A stretch of DNA of 62,914 bases, the filler included, from Rhabdomonas costata (Eukaryota), in the NCBI GenBank assembly GCA_019059605.1. It is 54 parts of 54 records of this genome, joined end to end, with 100 filler letters (N's around TTAATTAATTAA, not from the genome) between each part and the next. Parts side by side here need not be neighbours in the genome. Positions count along the whole stretch, not along the records: positions 35,008 to 36,074 come from JAHMHO010030391.1; positions 36,175 to 37,241 come from JAHMHO010030392.1; positions 37,342 to 38,408 come from JAHMHO010030393.1; positions 38,509 to 39,575 come from JAHMHO010030394.1; positions 39,676 to 40,742 come from JAHMHO010030395.1; positions 40,843 to 41,909 come from JAHMHO010030396.1; positions 42,010 to 43,076 come from JAHMHO010030397.1; positions 43,177 to 44,243 come from JAHMHO010030398.1; 46 more parts are not named here. One strand, given 5' to 3'. Both the position numbers and the translations under genes were made by a program. Numbering within the stretch: position 1 is the stretch's first letter; each line of letters opens with the position of its first letter. The notes under the pieces are model-generated. The model saw only the letters and a list, made by a program, of their open reading frames with translations. It ran no database searches and was not told where the DNA came from. Of this stretch, positions 35,342-46,918 are shown one piece after another.

Positions 35342-36538
35342 CTTGGTGTGGGTCGCGTTGCTTCCTAACGTGTGGGCAAAAATTGACCCCCACTGCTACC
35401 CAACGGTTCGTTTTTTAGACAGGAGCCCAGCCTTCCGCAAAGCAATTCGGGAACAACGCTTTCCAACTTTCCGGCCCCTTGGTCTGTTTTTTTGATCGCA
35501 ACCTTTTCACTACAATGTCAGCTGCCGCCCTGCGTTGAGGCACCTTGTCCTTGTCTCTGGCAAGAGGATGTGCGCGACAAGATAGAAGAAAAGGCCTTTG
35601 AAGCTCGCCCCACGCATTCGCTGTATATTCGCAAACCCCCAAGGAGGAAGCGGTGCGTCCCACGCTTTGCTATTACATAGGCCGTGGACGTGTGCGTGTC
35701 AGCCCTTCCCGCCCCGGTTCTGGCGAAGGTAGCTGAGGCGGCCAAGGGGGTCCTCACGGACAATACTCTACACCACACCAGGCACCGCCTCCCAACACGC
35801 GCACACATTCCTTCATACTCTCTGTTGGCTTCACCGTCATTCTATGCACAACTTTGGACCCTTGGGGGCTCGAACTGGTTACAGACGGTGGGCACGTTCT
35901 GGGACGTTTGCGGCAGGTCTGCATCCCTGGGTACCGCATGCTATGTTAGCATCGGAGTGGGCCTGATTGCTTCAGTGGTGTAGGTAGTCCTCTTCCAGCA
36001 CAACCCTGGGCCCCTCCAATGATTATTGGTGGGGCCCAGGGTTGTGCTGGAAGAGGACTACCTACACCCCAAAANNNNNNNNNNNNNNNNNNNNNNNNNN
36101 NNNNNNNNNNNNNNNNNNTTAATTAATTAANNNNNNNNNNNNNNNNNNNNNNNNNNNNNNNNNNNNNNNNNNNNGGTTGTGGGGGCGGTCGAGTTTCAGC
36201 TGAACCCCTGCAAATTTAGAGGTGCGGCAGGTTGGGAAAATCTTCATGATCTTCATGTTGTCTGGCACGGATATGATGTTTCATGAGCCGTTGCGATTCG
36301 ATTCGATTTCGAAGCCTGCTGCAGCTCTTCAGGCTTGCTTTACGTTCAGACGATTCACATTTCCCTCTTAATGAGGCTCAAGTCATGGAGGTCCTCTGAG
36401 GTATAAATGTCACGTTGATGTTGTGGGGCACACTCATTCTTGCAGTGAGGAAGGGAGGAATGAAGACAAATGTGGAGGAGAGGGCTTCCCTCCCCCCCCA
36501 CACATGTCACCCATGTTCGTACGATCACGCCTCCACAG

Positions 36539-37021
36539 CTTCTCCGGGCAGAGCAGCGCAGGGCAAACCCCGACGCCACGGTGCTTCGCGGACTGTTCGA
36601 GAAGGCCGTCGGACGGTTTGGAACAACGGTGTGCCCACAGGGGAGACGGGGCCCTGAAGCCCAAGAGCTTTACGTCATCCAACCAAACATAATCCAGTTA
36701 ATAAAAGTGCGGGAAGGAGGGAGACTGCATTCTTTCGAACTTAATTTCTTTCGAATGTTTTGAAACCTCCCCAAAAAACGATTGTGCATACCGAAAGAAT
36801 TCGAAGAATGCTTTTGTGAATGAGATGCCCCCTTTTCGCTTCCCATCTAGTGGGGGGGGGGGCTTCCATAGAGCGCCGAGCTTTGGATGGAGTGGGTGAT
36901 GTTCGAAGCCGGGCAGCAGCAGTTTCAGCGGGTCCAGGCCCTGCACCACCGTGCCACCCGAGCCCTCGCGCAGCCCGCCGTCTTTATTCTGATGTATGAG
37001 CAATGGAACAACCGGAAGTGA
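36539..37021 (+). CDS. UTP6: U3 snoRNA-associated protein 6 (HAT repeats), last two exons
   Basis: Exons 36539-36628 and 36872-37021 give LRGLFEKAVGRFGTT|SAELWMEWVMFE...HHRATRALAQPAVF...stop. This matches the UTP6 C-terminus pattern YERAxxxFGxxxxDLWMDY...YWRAxKxL...F. Confidence 0.72.
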
Positions 37022-38940
37022 GCCGGGACCCCCACCGCAGCATACTGCCTTGTCTTACAATTCTGAGAAAGTGGCGCTGGCATCTCTCTGGCTTTTGTGC
37101 TGGGATCACACAAACCCGAGTGTTTCCAGCGAGAGATTTTCTGTCGGAGGTCGGGATGCCCCAGCCTTTGCTTAGCTTCAAGAGGTAATATCTTGAAGCT
37201 AAGCAAAGGCTGGGGCATCCCAACCCCACCAACCCAAAACANNNNNNNNNNNNNNNNNNNNNNNNNNNNNNNNNNNNNNNNNNNNTTAATTAATTAANNN
37301 NNNNNNNNNNNNNNNNNNNNNNNNNNNNNNNNNNNNNNNNNTGTTGTTGTGTGATGAACCCGGACTGTTTCCTTGACGTGTAACCTAAAAGGAAGTTGGA
37401 CATAGGCTGCTTCGAAGAGAGTGATTCCGTGAGTGTATTGATCTTTTGAAGCGAATTGTAAATTCTCTAACCAACTGCTTGTTGAGAAGGAAAATAAAGA
37501 TAGGGTTTAAAAACAGCCATGTGGTATGGCGCAGTTCTGAGTTTACGTTGTAGCCTACTTTATTTCTTAATAATTTGGGTATTGGTTTTTTCTCAAACCT
37601 GTTGTAAGACAATTTCCCTCATTTCAATGTATGGCGTCTGTCGCCCAGCCGTTAAAGCGGAGTAAGACACTGGGTTTGCCAAGCCGAGTGTGCCGGATCG
37701 GCTTCTTCCGCCAAAAAGTAAATCATGTGAACAGTTATGCTGTAATAAACCACAAGCGACAGTGGTGGGCGTAAAAGCGATATGATTTACAGAGCCACGC
37801 ACTCCATTGTTGTCACAGAATTATTTTTACATGGACAGCTTTCGAGACTATTACTTGTCTCCACTTGGTTAGTTTTCCGTATATTTTTTCAGGAGTGGTG
37901 TAAACGTTTCCATAATTGGCATAACGGTAACACATCTTACCAGCCGTAGTTCGCCGAGCGCAATTTATAAACTCAGTAGGCTTCGCAAGCGTATCACCTC
38001 ATCAAGTTGCCTTAAAAACCCGCAGTTCGACCAATACACGGGAAAAATCTAGGGGTTTCTACACTGAGAACTGAAATGCTACGCGGGAAGGAAACATCGG
38101 AAGTTTCAAGATGAGGTCTCACAGTTAAACATGCAATAATGGTGAAAATGACAAAATCACTTGACCGCTATCATCTGCGCAAAATGGTAAAATATTATTA
38201 CAAGCCAGTAAGCTTGAAGGAGTCCATTGCGGGTGCATTAGAGGCTTTTTTACCACGCAGCCACACGTGCAGCTGTCTGCTCCAGTTGCGAAGCAGGCGT
38301 ACACGCTTTTTGTGATGTCTCCAGTGGCGCATTTTTTGCAGCCGATGCAATTTGACATGGTGCTTCACAACGCTGTGGAGCCTACCACCATTTATAAAAC
38401 CCAAAACANNNNNNNNNNNNNNNNNNNNNNNNNNNNNNNNNNNNNNNNNNNNTTAATTAATTAANNNNNNNNNNNNNNNNNNNNNNNNNNNNNNNNNNNN
38501 NNNNNNNNATTTTTGGGGCTTCCGACCCGTTTGAGGTCTCGTACTTTGCTTTGCATTTCCAGGAGAGAATTCGATGGAAGTTTTTGGTTCAATGAATTAG
38601 ACCCTGAAAGAATTTTTGTCAATATATTCACTCACCGAAGCTCGAAGGAAGGTGTTTGCACACTTTTAATGCAAATAGGATTTCTTGTTTGATTTCGGGA
38701 CATTTGTGTTTGTTAGCTTTGATGTATTTTTGTGCGATGAAAAGTTGAAAGGAACCCCCGACGCGCGCAACGTGGCCTAGAGAAACTGTGAAATCTCGCT
38801 GGAGATAAAACCACCGTTCTTCGAAGTTGCTCTGTCCACCCTGTTTTTGGAGTTGTTTTTTTGCGTGATTTTAGGTCTTACGGGGTGATCCTACAGTGTT
38901 TTTTTTACCTTTTGGTGGCTCTTCTTGTTATTGTTCTCTC

Positions 38941-39409
38941 ATGGTCGTCAAGCGAAAGAGAAGCTGTTCGCCTTCCACTCCCGAGGCAGAGACAAGCTCC
39001 TGTCCCAGAGAAGGTTGCCTGGCTGATTTCTGCTTTTGAGGAACCATGCTTATATGCGTGAGTTTAGAATTGCGAAAAAGGACGGTAGCAGTTCAGGATT
39101 GCCTTGACAATCTCCCCACCTCTGTCCCCACCTTTTCTTTCCTGACGGCTTTTCTGACGAAAGCAAGGTTTACTGCCGCGAGTTCTTGAGGGTCATTTTT
39201 GAGGGCCTCGTTTGGGAGATGCATCTTGTCTGTGTTACCTACGAGGCTGGCTCACGTTGCACTTTCCGCGGCAGATTCCAAGGCAAGAGAGATCAAGAGG
39301 CGTCGCGTGCCGCGAAGAAAGGCCTCAGAGAATGGCACCCCGGGTGCTGCCACGCCCACGCCTACCCGGGCTCTGTCCAGTGCCGCGAAGGCTTCCAGTT
39401 CCATGCAAG
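38941..39409 (+). CDS. 5' end of a hypothetical nuclear protein (basic NLS-like N-terminus)
   Basis: ATG at 38941. Exons 38941-39013 and 39275-39409 join in phase: MVVKRKRSCSPSTPEAETSSCPRE-DSKAREIKRRRVPRRK. A T-rich tract with AG lies upstream at ~38874. Confidence 0.55.
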
Positions 39410-41177
39410 GTGCCACTCTGGTGCCTTCTGTATTGCTATTTCTCTGGCGTTGGTGAGTCCCTTGTGAATTTGTCGCGGGGTCATGCCTGAAGTCCTGGTC
39501 CACAGCAATTGTGGTGCCGCTCGCCGCACCCAGTACCAAACAACCCCCCCCTCCCCGCATGGCGCGACGCTGTCCNNNNNNNNNNNNNNNNNNNNNNNNN
39601 NNNNNNNNNNNNNNNNNNNTTAATTAATTAANNNNNNNNNNNNNNNNNNNNNNNNNNNNNNNNNNNNNNNNNNNNTTGTTGTGTTTTTGGAAATACTCCT
39701 GCTACCTCGCAGTTTGACCTCACCCCTGAGGCAAACGGCAGGTGAGTATTCTGCACCAACCAATTACAAATCTTTGCAGCCCACATCGCTGCTACCGCCT
39801 CGTCTCAGATGGGTTCGCAGATTGCTTTGCTTCTTAGGCCTTGTTGGGGCGTATATTTGTTGGTACAGCACACCCCCCCCCTCTCCCCTCCATCCCCCCA
39901 ACTGGTGCATCGAACCCGAGTTTGCAGATGCGGATGCGCGAAAGCTCACTTGCAAATAGTTTCTGTTTGCTCGGAGAAAAAGGAAAGTGGGGGTATCCAT
40001 GTTCCGTCCAACCGTCTTGTGGCAGGATGCAGCAGCCTGCTGCCCTGCTTTTCTTCCGAGGTGGCACCTCATGACGACATGCCCCCAGGGCTACAATCGG
40101 CAAGCACAGCAGAGCTGGCAGCTGCGGCCTCCTTCGGGTCGGACGCTTCTGCAGCCCTTGGGGAGGTTTCGGAGCTCTGTACTGGGCCAGGGTGCGAGCT
40201 GGATTGCACCCTGGGGTCAAGCCACCGCTTAGCTGGGCAGGTATGAGGGCGGAGGATTGCTTGGAGGTCACTTTATTTGGAACAGAGAAACCCGTATGGG
40301 TGAAACTCGTTCAGTCGACGGCGAAACTTTGACAACGTGCGAAGCTGATCCGCAATGTAGCGAAATGCAGTGGCATGAAGCTGAAGGAAGTTCTCCGGCG
40401 TATATGCTGATTTGATTGCTCTTGCACCATTTCTCTTTTTCTCATTTTAATTACTAGTTTCTTTTATTTTTGAACATATCTGTGCCTGTCTTTTTCTTTT
40501 TCTTTTGCCTTTGTACAGCTGTTCGGCATAGTAAGCATTGGACGCTGCAAATTGATGATTGAAAATTCCAACACCACCGAATATAGCTTGCAGGGGCATC
40601 CGCTGTTGCTACGGCGCCACCTGGACATCTTGTTTTTCTCACGCAGTGATTACGTACACCTCACTCTTATCATTATGTTTCCAATCGTGACCACTTGCAG
40701 AGCTTCACTGCCAACCATCCTGACCCCGCCCACCCAACAAAANNNNNNNNNNNNNNNNNNNNNNNNNNNNNNNNNNNNNNNNNNNNTTAATTAATTAANN
40801 NNNNNNNNNNNNNNNNNNNNNNNNNNNNNNNNNNNNNNNNNNGTGGTGGGTGTGTGTGGTTTTTGTGTGAGGCAGGCCCAATGGCGCAAGGTTTCAATCC
40901 AGTAATTCTTTTGTTCCTTTTTCTTGCCTCGCGTGCACGCATGAGTGAGACAAAAGAGCAACCACCACAGAAAAAGAAATGCGCCCACCCTCCCCAATTC
41001 AAGCTTTACGCTTTGCAACAGCACACCAACACGGCACGTTTCCATGATGCCATTTGTGTGATGCAACCCAACATAAACAGAGCAGCAGTGGATGGCAACA
41101 AAAATCCTCCCGCAACGCATTCCTGCGATGTTGGTGGCACTAGAAGAGAAGAGAAGAACCGCGATTACAAACCTGAC

Positions 41178-41861
41178 TTTCACTGTGACATTCTGATCCA
41201 AGACTTCCCAGACGTCCTGAAGATGACTGATGCACATAAAGTAGGTGCCGCTTTGATTGGCAGTGAGCACCGTTGTGTGGGTCACGGCGTCGATTGGGGA
41301 CATTGTGCTGCCGGGCGCCAGGCTCTGCCCAGAGGCGAAACACGATGGAAAATTTCCAACCCAGACACACATTCACAACCCTACAGGTACCAAACTGCCG
41401 TTAGAGCACCCGTAAGGGTGCGGAAATCTGCTTCAGGCGCATTCATCTGTGCAGAAAAGCATCACGGGCAAGCACACCGTGCAAGCACTGTCGTTGGCTC
41501 CGCTAAGCTTGGCTGTCCAAGAGTACGTCTGAAGCAAGAATCCCGAGAACTGCACTTGCACAGCCTCTCCAGCTGCAAAAAAAAAAAGACAAAGAGCCAG
41601 CTTTACATATAACTACGAGAACGACCTCGCGGTTAAGTTAAGTGGGTAGCCGACGTACCGTAAAAGGAAGCTGGGCTGAAGCTTATCCAGGATGTGTGAG
41701 TGAGAGATGGAGGCAGATGGTACACTGAAACAAAAAGGACGAAGAAAAATCCAGTGCAAGGTCGAGATAGACAAAGCCAGAAAAAAATAAACGAAAGAAA
41801 ACGGCATGCCATCGCCGACCACGAGGTAAGCAAAGACCGCAAGAAGCAAGCTCCACAGCAT
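41178..41861 (-). CDS. 5' end of a secreted/surface protein, three exons
   Basis: Signal-peptide-like MLWSLLLAVFAYLVVGD (41861-41810), then exons 41572-41478 and 41324-41178 in phase: ...WTAKLSGANDSACT-SLAPGS...GTYFMC...WEVLDQNVTVK. Confidence 0.6.
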
Positions 41862-42027
41862 TTTGGAAAAAGGTGAGAAAACACACGCTGTGGGTGAACA
41901 ACAACCCCCNNNNNNNNNNNNNNNNNNNNNNNNNNNNNNNNNNNNNNNNNNNNTTAATTAATTAANNNNNNNNNNNNNNNNNNNNNNNNNNNNNNNNNNN
42001 NNNNNNNNNGGGGGTGGGGGTGACTAC

Positions 42028-42632
42028 CCAGGTCGTCTCTTCGGCTGAGCTCGTTGCCGTCGTGGGCGTTGATGCTGCAGAACCACGGGGTGCCGATCAT
42101 GCCCTTGCCCGTGGCAAAGTGGATGTGCTCGTGGTCATTGGTGCAGTACCGCGCAGCCAGGCCAAAGTCGATGAGATAGACCACAGAGCCGCGCTTGCCC
42201 CAGCCCATGGTGAAGTTGTGCGGCTTGATGTCGCGGTGAACCTGAGCGAAGGTCATCATCCGGAGGAGGAGGGGCCGTGTTACTGCCGTGTTACTTATCG
42301 ATTGCATCCAGTGGCCGGGGCCAGAATTCTGAAAAGCCGGTGCTAGTTCTGGTTCCAATAGAAGGGGGTCAGGTTTGAGCAGGGGGTTAGATTTGCGATG
42401 CATTTGATCCCTGGAATTTTGTTCAGAATATCTTGGGTCACTCGGCAAGCAGCGACGGAATTTCGTCCAAATTCCACCCCGCCCCTCGTTTCCCGCTGAC
42501 AATCCTCTGAGCAGTGCTGGACAGTACCAGGCCCTTGCTGTGGAAGCGCTCGACCCGGGCAAGAGCCTGCTCCGCAAGGATCAGTACGGTCTTCAGCGAC
42601 AGGCAGGGGACGCAGTACTTCAGTAGGGTATC
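42028..42632 (-). CDS. CK1: Casein kinase 1 family kinase, two exons
   Basis: Exons 42632-42528 (LSLKTVLILAEQALARVERFHSKGL) and 42241-42028 (VHRDIKPHNF...LIDFGLA...GTPWFCSINAH...SRRDDL) carry the diagnostic CK1 SIN and SRRDDL motifs. Confidence 0.96.
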
Positions 42633-43222
42633 CTGCAAAGGCAAGTATTTCACATACATATCAGCTGTTGGCACTCGTTTGGCGCTGGCGACGTGGATCC
42701 CTGTAACATGTTACCTCTTTCTTTTCGGCCAGGCTTGCAGGACGCAAACAGCCTGGCCAGAAATAGAAGCGCACAAAAAAAATCTGGGGCCTTCTGGCAA
42801 ATATCGGGACCAATCTTGAGGTATGCAAAGAAGCCCAGTCTAAATGTACTTAAAATGGGTCATACTTGCGCCGGCAGAAAGAGTCCGAGGCTCAAAGGCA
42901 GCCAACCAACCAACCAACCCATTTCAGGGTACCGCAATCCCCAAAAATTTGAGCCCAAACTATCCACTCCAGCTCGAGTTCTGAGATCGATGCTGGGCTT
43001 CTGGTCGGGCCTGATCTGGTCTGATTCAGACTGGTTCAATCTGGTACCGGAATCAGCATATATTGCCCAAAAAAACNNNNNNNNNNNNNNNNNNNNNNNN
43101 NNNNNNNNNNNNNNNNNNNNTTAATTAATTAANNNNNNNNNNNNNNNNNNNNNNNNNNNNNNNNNNNNNNNNNNNNTTGTTGTTTTTGCGTGCGTTTTTC
43201 TTCCTGGGTGGGTGGGGAGCAG

Positions 43223-43296
43223 GCGAGCTTGCGAGCTACTTGGTTGAAATCACGGCAAAGGTTCTCCGTGTCGCCGATACTGATGGAGCTCCACTG
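43223..43296 (+). CDS. PGD: 6-phosphogluconate dehydrogenase, single exon
   Basis: CAG|...|GT exon reading (G)ELASYLVEITAKVLRVADTDGAPL, which matches GELxS(Y/F)LIEITAxIL...DGxxLV. Confidence 0.85.
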
Positions 43297-43794
43297 GTGC
43301 CTGCTTTTCTGCTTGCGGCGGCGGCCCTGCCTCTTGTGTATGCTCACACGCAGGCTCCTTGTGTGTGTGGTGGGGTGTGCAGCCAATGTTGGCCAAGAAG
43401 AATTGGGATGGTAGTTCTCGGACGTCAGCAATTTTATACAACACGCTCCTGGCGAGGTCGAGGTTGATTTAGGTGAAAGAGATTGCCCTGGATAAGAAAG
43501 GAAAAGACGAGAGGATGCCACTTTTTAGGGTGTTTAGGGTGTTCCAGAACATTAGTTTTGATTTCTGTGCTTCAACGAAAGGCTTACAAATGAAACCGGT
43601 CAACCAAAATCATGGCTCTTTTGAGGTGGTTTTGTCTTTATCTCTCTCGGTCCGGGATGCCTTAGGAACGGCAACTCTCTCTCTGTCTGGCGACACAGGG
43701 CAAGTACTACGAAGTGGCCAAGGTGACCAAAGCCCTCTTTCACTAGCTTTCTTTCGCTAGTGAAAGAACGTGAACGCTCTCTTTCGCTAGCTTT

Positions 43795-44045
43795 TCTCTC
43801 TCTCATTTTCTCTCCTCTTTTTCGCTATCTCCCCCACTTTAACCACAGCCCCTGTTCACCCTTCAACCCGTCACCTCGCGCCTCACGCATACCACCTCAA
43901 GAGCCCGCAGAACCCGACCCCCGAGTTCAGCTCTGAACGGTCCCACGAAAAGTCGACCTCAACCCCCACAGATTCAAAGAACCCGACGAAGAGCAGCGAA
44001 GGTAGGCGGAGATGGTTGGTGCCTTGCAGCTGATGACCCAACCAC
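43795..44045 (+). repeat. Dispersed repeat family C, copy 1
   Basis: Aligns with the reverse complement of 46680-46918 (AGAGCCYGCAGAACYCGACCCC...CACGAAAAGTCGACCYCAACCCC...AAAGAACCSGACGARGAGC...GATGACCCAAC). Confidence 0.85.
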
Positions 44046-44343
44046 TCCGCCTGAGGGTCGAAATGCCTGTCCAGTAAGGCATGAGGTCAGATCAGTCAGC
44101 TACTCAGCTCAGAGTTCACCTCTTTCACCCTCATTTACACTCGCTCTGTGGCGGTGCATTTTTTAGGTGGAGAAGATCCGTGACAGTGCGGGGCAGAAGG
44201 GCACGGGGCGATGGGTGGTGGAGCAGGCGCTGCTGCTTGGTAGNNNNNNNNNNNNNNNNNNNNNNNNNNNNNNNNNNNNNNNNNNNNTTAATTAATTAAN
44301 NNNNNNNNNNNNNNNNNNNNNNNNNNNNNNNNNNNNNNNNNNN

Positions 44344-45189
44344 CGGGTCCACCGGGGGTGCAGCCGCGGCAGCCTTCGCGGACTTGGGCATTGGCCTCTC
44401 CCCCTTGAAGTCCGTGGGCAGGGGCACGGCAGGGGCGGACGCCCCTCCTTCGGCCTCCCGGCGCCGGGTCTCCTCCTGCTGCTCTCGAGAGGGCACCTCG
44501 ACACACAGCGGGAGCATCCCCTTTGCCTTTTTTTGGATCGTGGCTTTGCTTCGAAATCCAGCAGAGGGTAACGGTAACCCACAGGTGAGAACGGACAAAG
44601 TCAGAACTGAGAGAGTGGCAGACGGTTGAGAATCCAGGGGAGCATTTTGTTCGCTTTGGAAAATGCATTGGTCGCTACCCAACATGAAAAAGGAACATGG
44701 GTCTGGTTCCTCTCACTGAAACTGAAGGACCGAACTTCGCAAACAGTAGTAAGGCAGAAACCTCCTCCAGTCGTCCAACGATGGGATATTTGGCAAAATA
44801 GTAATCCATCCAGTTTTTCAGATCGGGCAACTTGGGATCCGAGGCCTCCATGATCTTGAAGTTGTCCAAGTCCTGTGATAGTCCAATCGGAAAGCCGACC
44901 GAAACATGATACACTGCCATTGCAATCACAGTGAACGAGCAGAATGCTATTCGTAATGGTACTACTACTACAATGAGGCCTGCAACATTTTCAATAGAAA
45001 ATGAAAAACCTGAAGGGAAAAAACTGAAAAAATCATCAAACGGCCAACCACTCCAACGCCTGCCGCACCTTTTGAACAAATGCAGGGGAAGGGAGCAACG
45101 CTCAGCGCAAACTTTTTCGTCCGTGGACATCGACAGCAGAGCCCACGTGAAGTCGTGGCCAGCGTAGTCACTGTATGCTCCGTCCGGGC
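44344..45189 (-). CDS. Cytochrome b5-like heme/steroid-binding protein (MAPR family), three exons
   Basis: Exons 45189-45113 (GPDGAYSDYAGHDFTWAL), 44872-44762 (LKNWMDYYFAKYPIVGRL) and 44496-contig end carry the MAPR motifs GPxGxYxxFAGxDxT and WxxxFxxKYxxVGxL. Confidence 0.9.
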
Positions 45190-46679
45190 CTGCAGAAAGA
45201 GGAAAGAGCCGCCACACATATAAATTCACAGTTGGCATCGGCCGTCATCAGAGTCGTGTCCGAAAAGAAGGACCGCCAACTTTGACCCACAGATCGAACG
45301 CCACCGGGGCGGAGAGGTGGGGGCAAAGAAGCGCGCAGCCCAGAGAGCTTTATGGAACGACTGCAGCCAGGGCGAAAGCCTCCATGGCGTGTGTGAGCAC
45401 CCAACACAAANNNNNNNNNNNNNNNNNNNNNNNNNNNNNNNNNNNNNNNNNNNNTTAATTAATTAANNNNNNNNNNNNNNNNNNNNNNNNNNNNNNNNNN
45501 NNNNNNNNNNGGGGGTGGGGTCTGGTCCACGCCAAGCCAGGCAGGGACCAGACCCCACAACAGCGACCGCACCGCCCTTGAGCGCATGGGGGTGCGCAGT
45601 GGGAAGGGTGGTTTGAACAAAAAGCAGCTGCGCGGAAGGCAAAGTAACACACAATTTGGTGTCGCAGGGGGTCAGTGCAGGGGGCGATGCAGGCGAAAAG
45701 CCGAGGTGCGTGCGAGAACCAGGGGATCCATTTCGATGCTGCCGCACTGGATTTACTTTTCTGTGGTTCATAGAATCTGATTCCTTCCCCGCGGGCCTGA
45801 GTACCCCTTTAGTTGAGTAAGGAGGGCCACTGTGTACACGAATCGGGATACACCTAGAAGATGATGAATGATGACAAACGCAAGACAGAATTTCACAGGG
45901 CAAAGATAATATCAGGCATTTGAAATTCCACTAGCGTTTGGACAGCCAGAGCGGCGGCAGTGGGGGCAAGGGGTGCTTCAGGAATGCCACAATCGATAAT
46001 TCAACACAGCAATGGGCGGTAGCGTACCAAAACCCACTCGTATGGAGCCAAAACGCGTTACTTGAGAGAGAAGTATCAGTGATGGGTCAAAGGGGCAGCA
46101 GATGAGTCTTCTCCCCGTCATCAAGCTCATTGACCCAAAAGCACCTCAACCAAACTCATGGCAGGTTGTTCCCCAACACCCCGAAAAGGCGCCCAGATAG
46201 GTCCCGCAGGGCACGGCTCTTCACCACTACCACTCTAAGATTCTCAAAGAGGCGGAAGTAGGACAGCAACAAGGAAAGCCCATCCTGCGGAAAGAGGCGC
46301 ATCCACCAAAACATTGAAGGAAATCTTCACAGTAGTCATCTGGGAACCAAAGCTGTAAAAATTTGGGCTGCACGCCAAATGGTCATGCTGCGTACACGGC
46401 GTGCCTTGAACGTTCTTGAACTGATGGGTTTCACGCGTGGGTGAAGCGGCTCAGCCTACCTGTGGTTTATCCTCCGAATTCAGGTCACAGAGGCCAGGAT
46501 CCTGGCCACCATGAAATGCAAAAGCGAGGGAGGCGCGTGACACATTGGCGACATTGGGAAATAAATCAAAAAAACAANNNNNNNNNNNNNNNNNNNNNNN
46601 NNNNNNNNNNNNNNNNNNNNNTTAATTAATTAANNNNNNNNNNNNNNNNNNNNNNNNNNNNNNNNNNNNNNNNNNNNGG

Positions 46680-46918
46680 GTGTTGGGTCATCCTCAGCAA
46701 AGGCACCATCCCTGCCGCCTGCACTTGAACGCTCCTCGTCCGGTTCTTTTTAACTGTGGGGTTGGGGTCGACTTTTCGTGAGAAGCTTTGCATCTGGACT
46801 CGGAAGATGGGGTCGAGTTCTGCAGGCTCTGAGATGGGGAACAGTGACAGGATGATGGCGAAACAGCTGCTGTGATTGAGGTGGGGAGACAATGAAAGAG
46901 AGGATGTGAGAGAGAAGG
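46680..46918 (-). repeat. Dispersed repeat family C, copy 2
   Basis: Homologous to 43795-44045. Confidence 0.85.

Noticed and set aside
40854-41612. 252-aa plus-strand ORF
   Set aside because: It is the antisense shadow of the spliced minus-strand secreted-protein gene.
43522-43540. TTAGGG-like telomeric motif
   Set aside because: Only two imperfect, internal copies.
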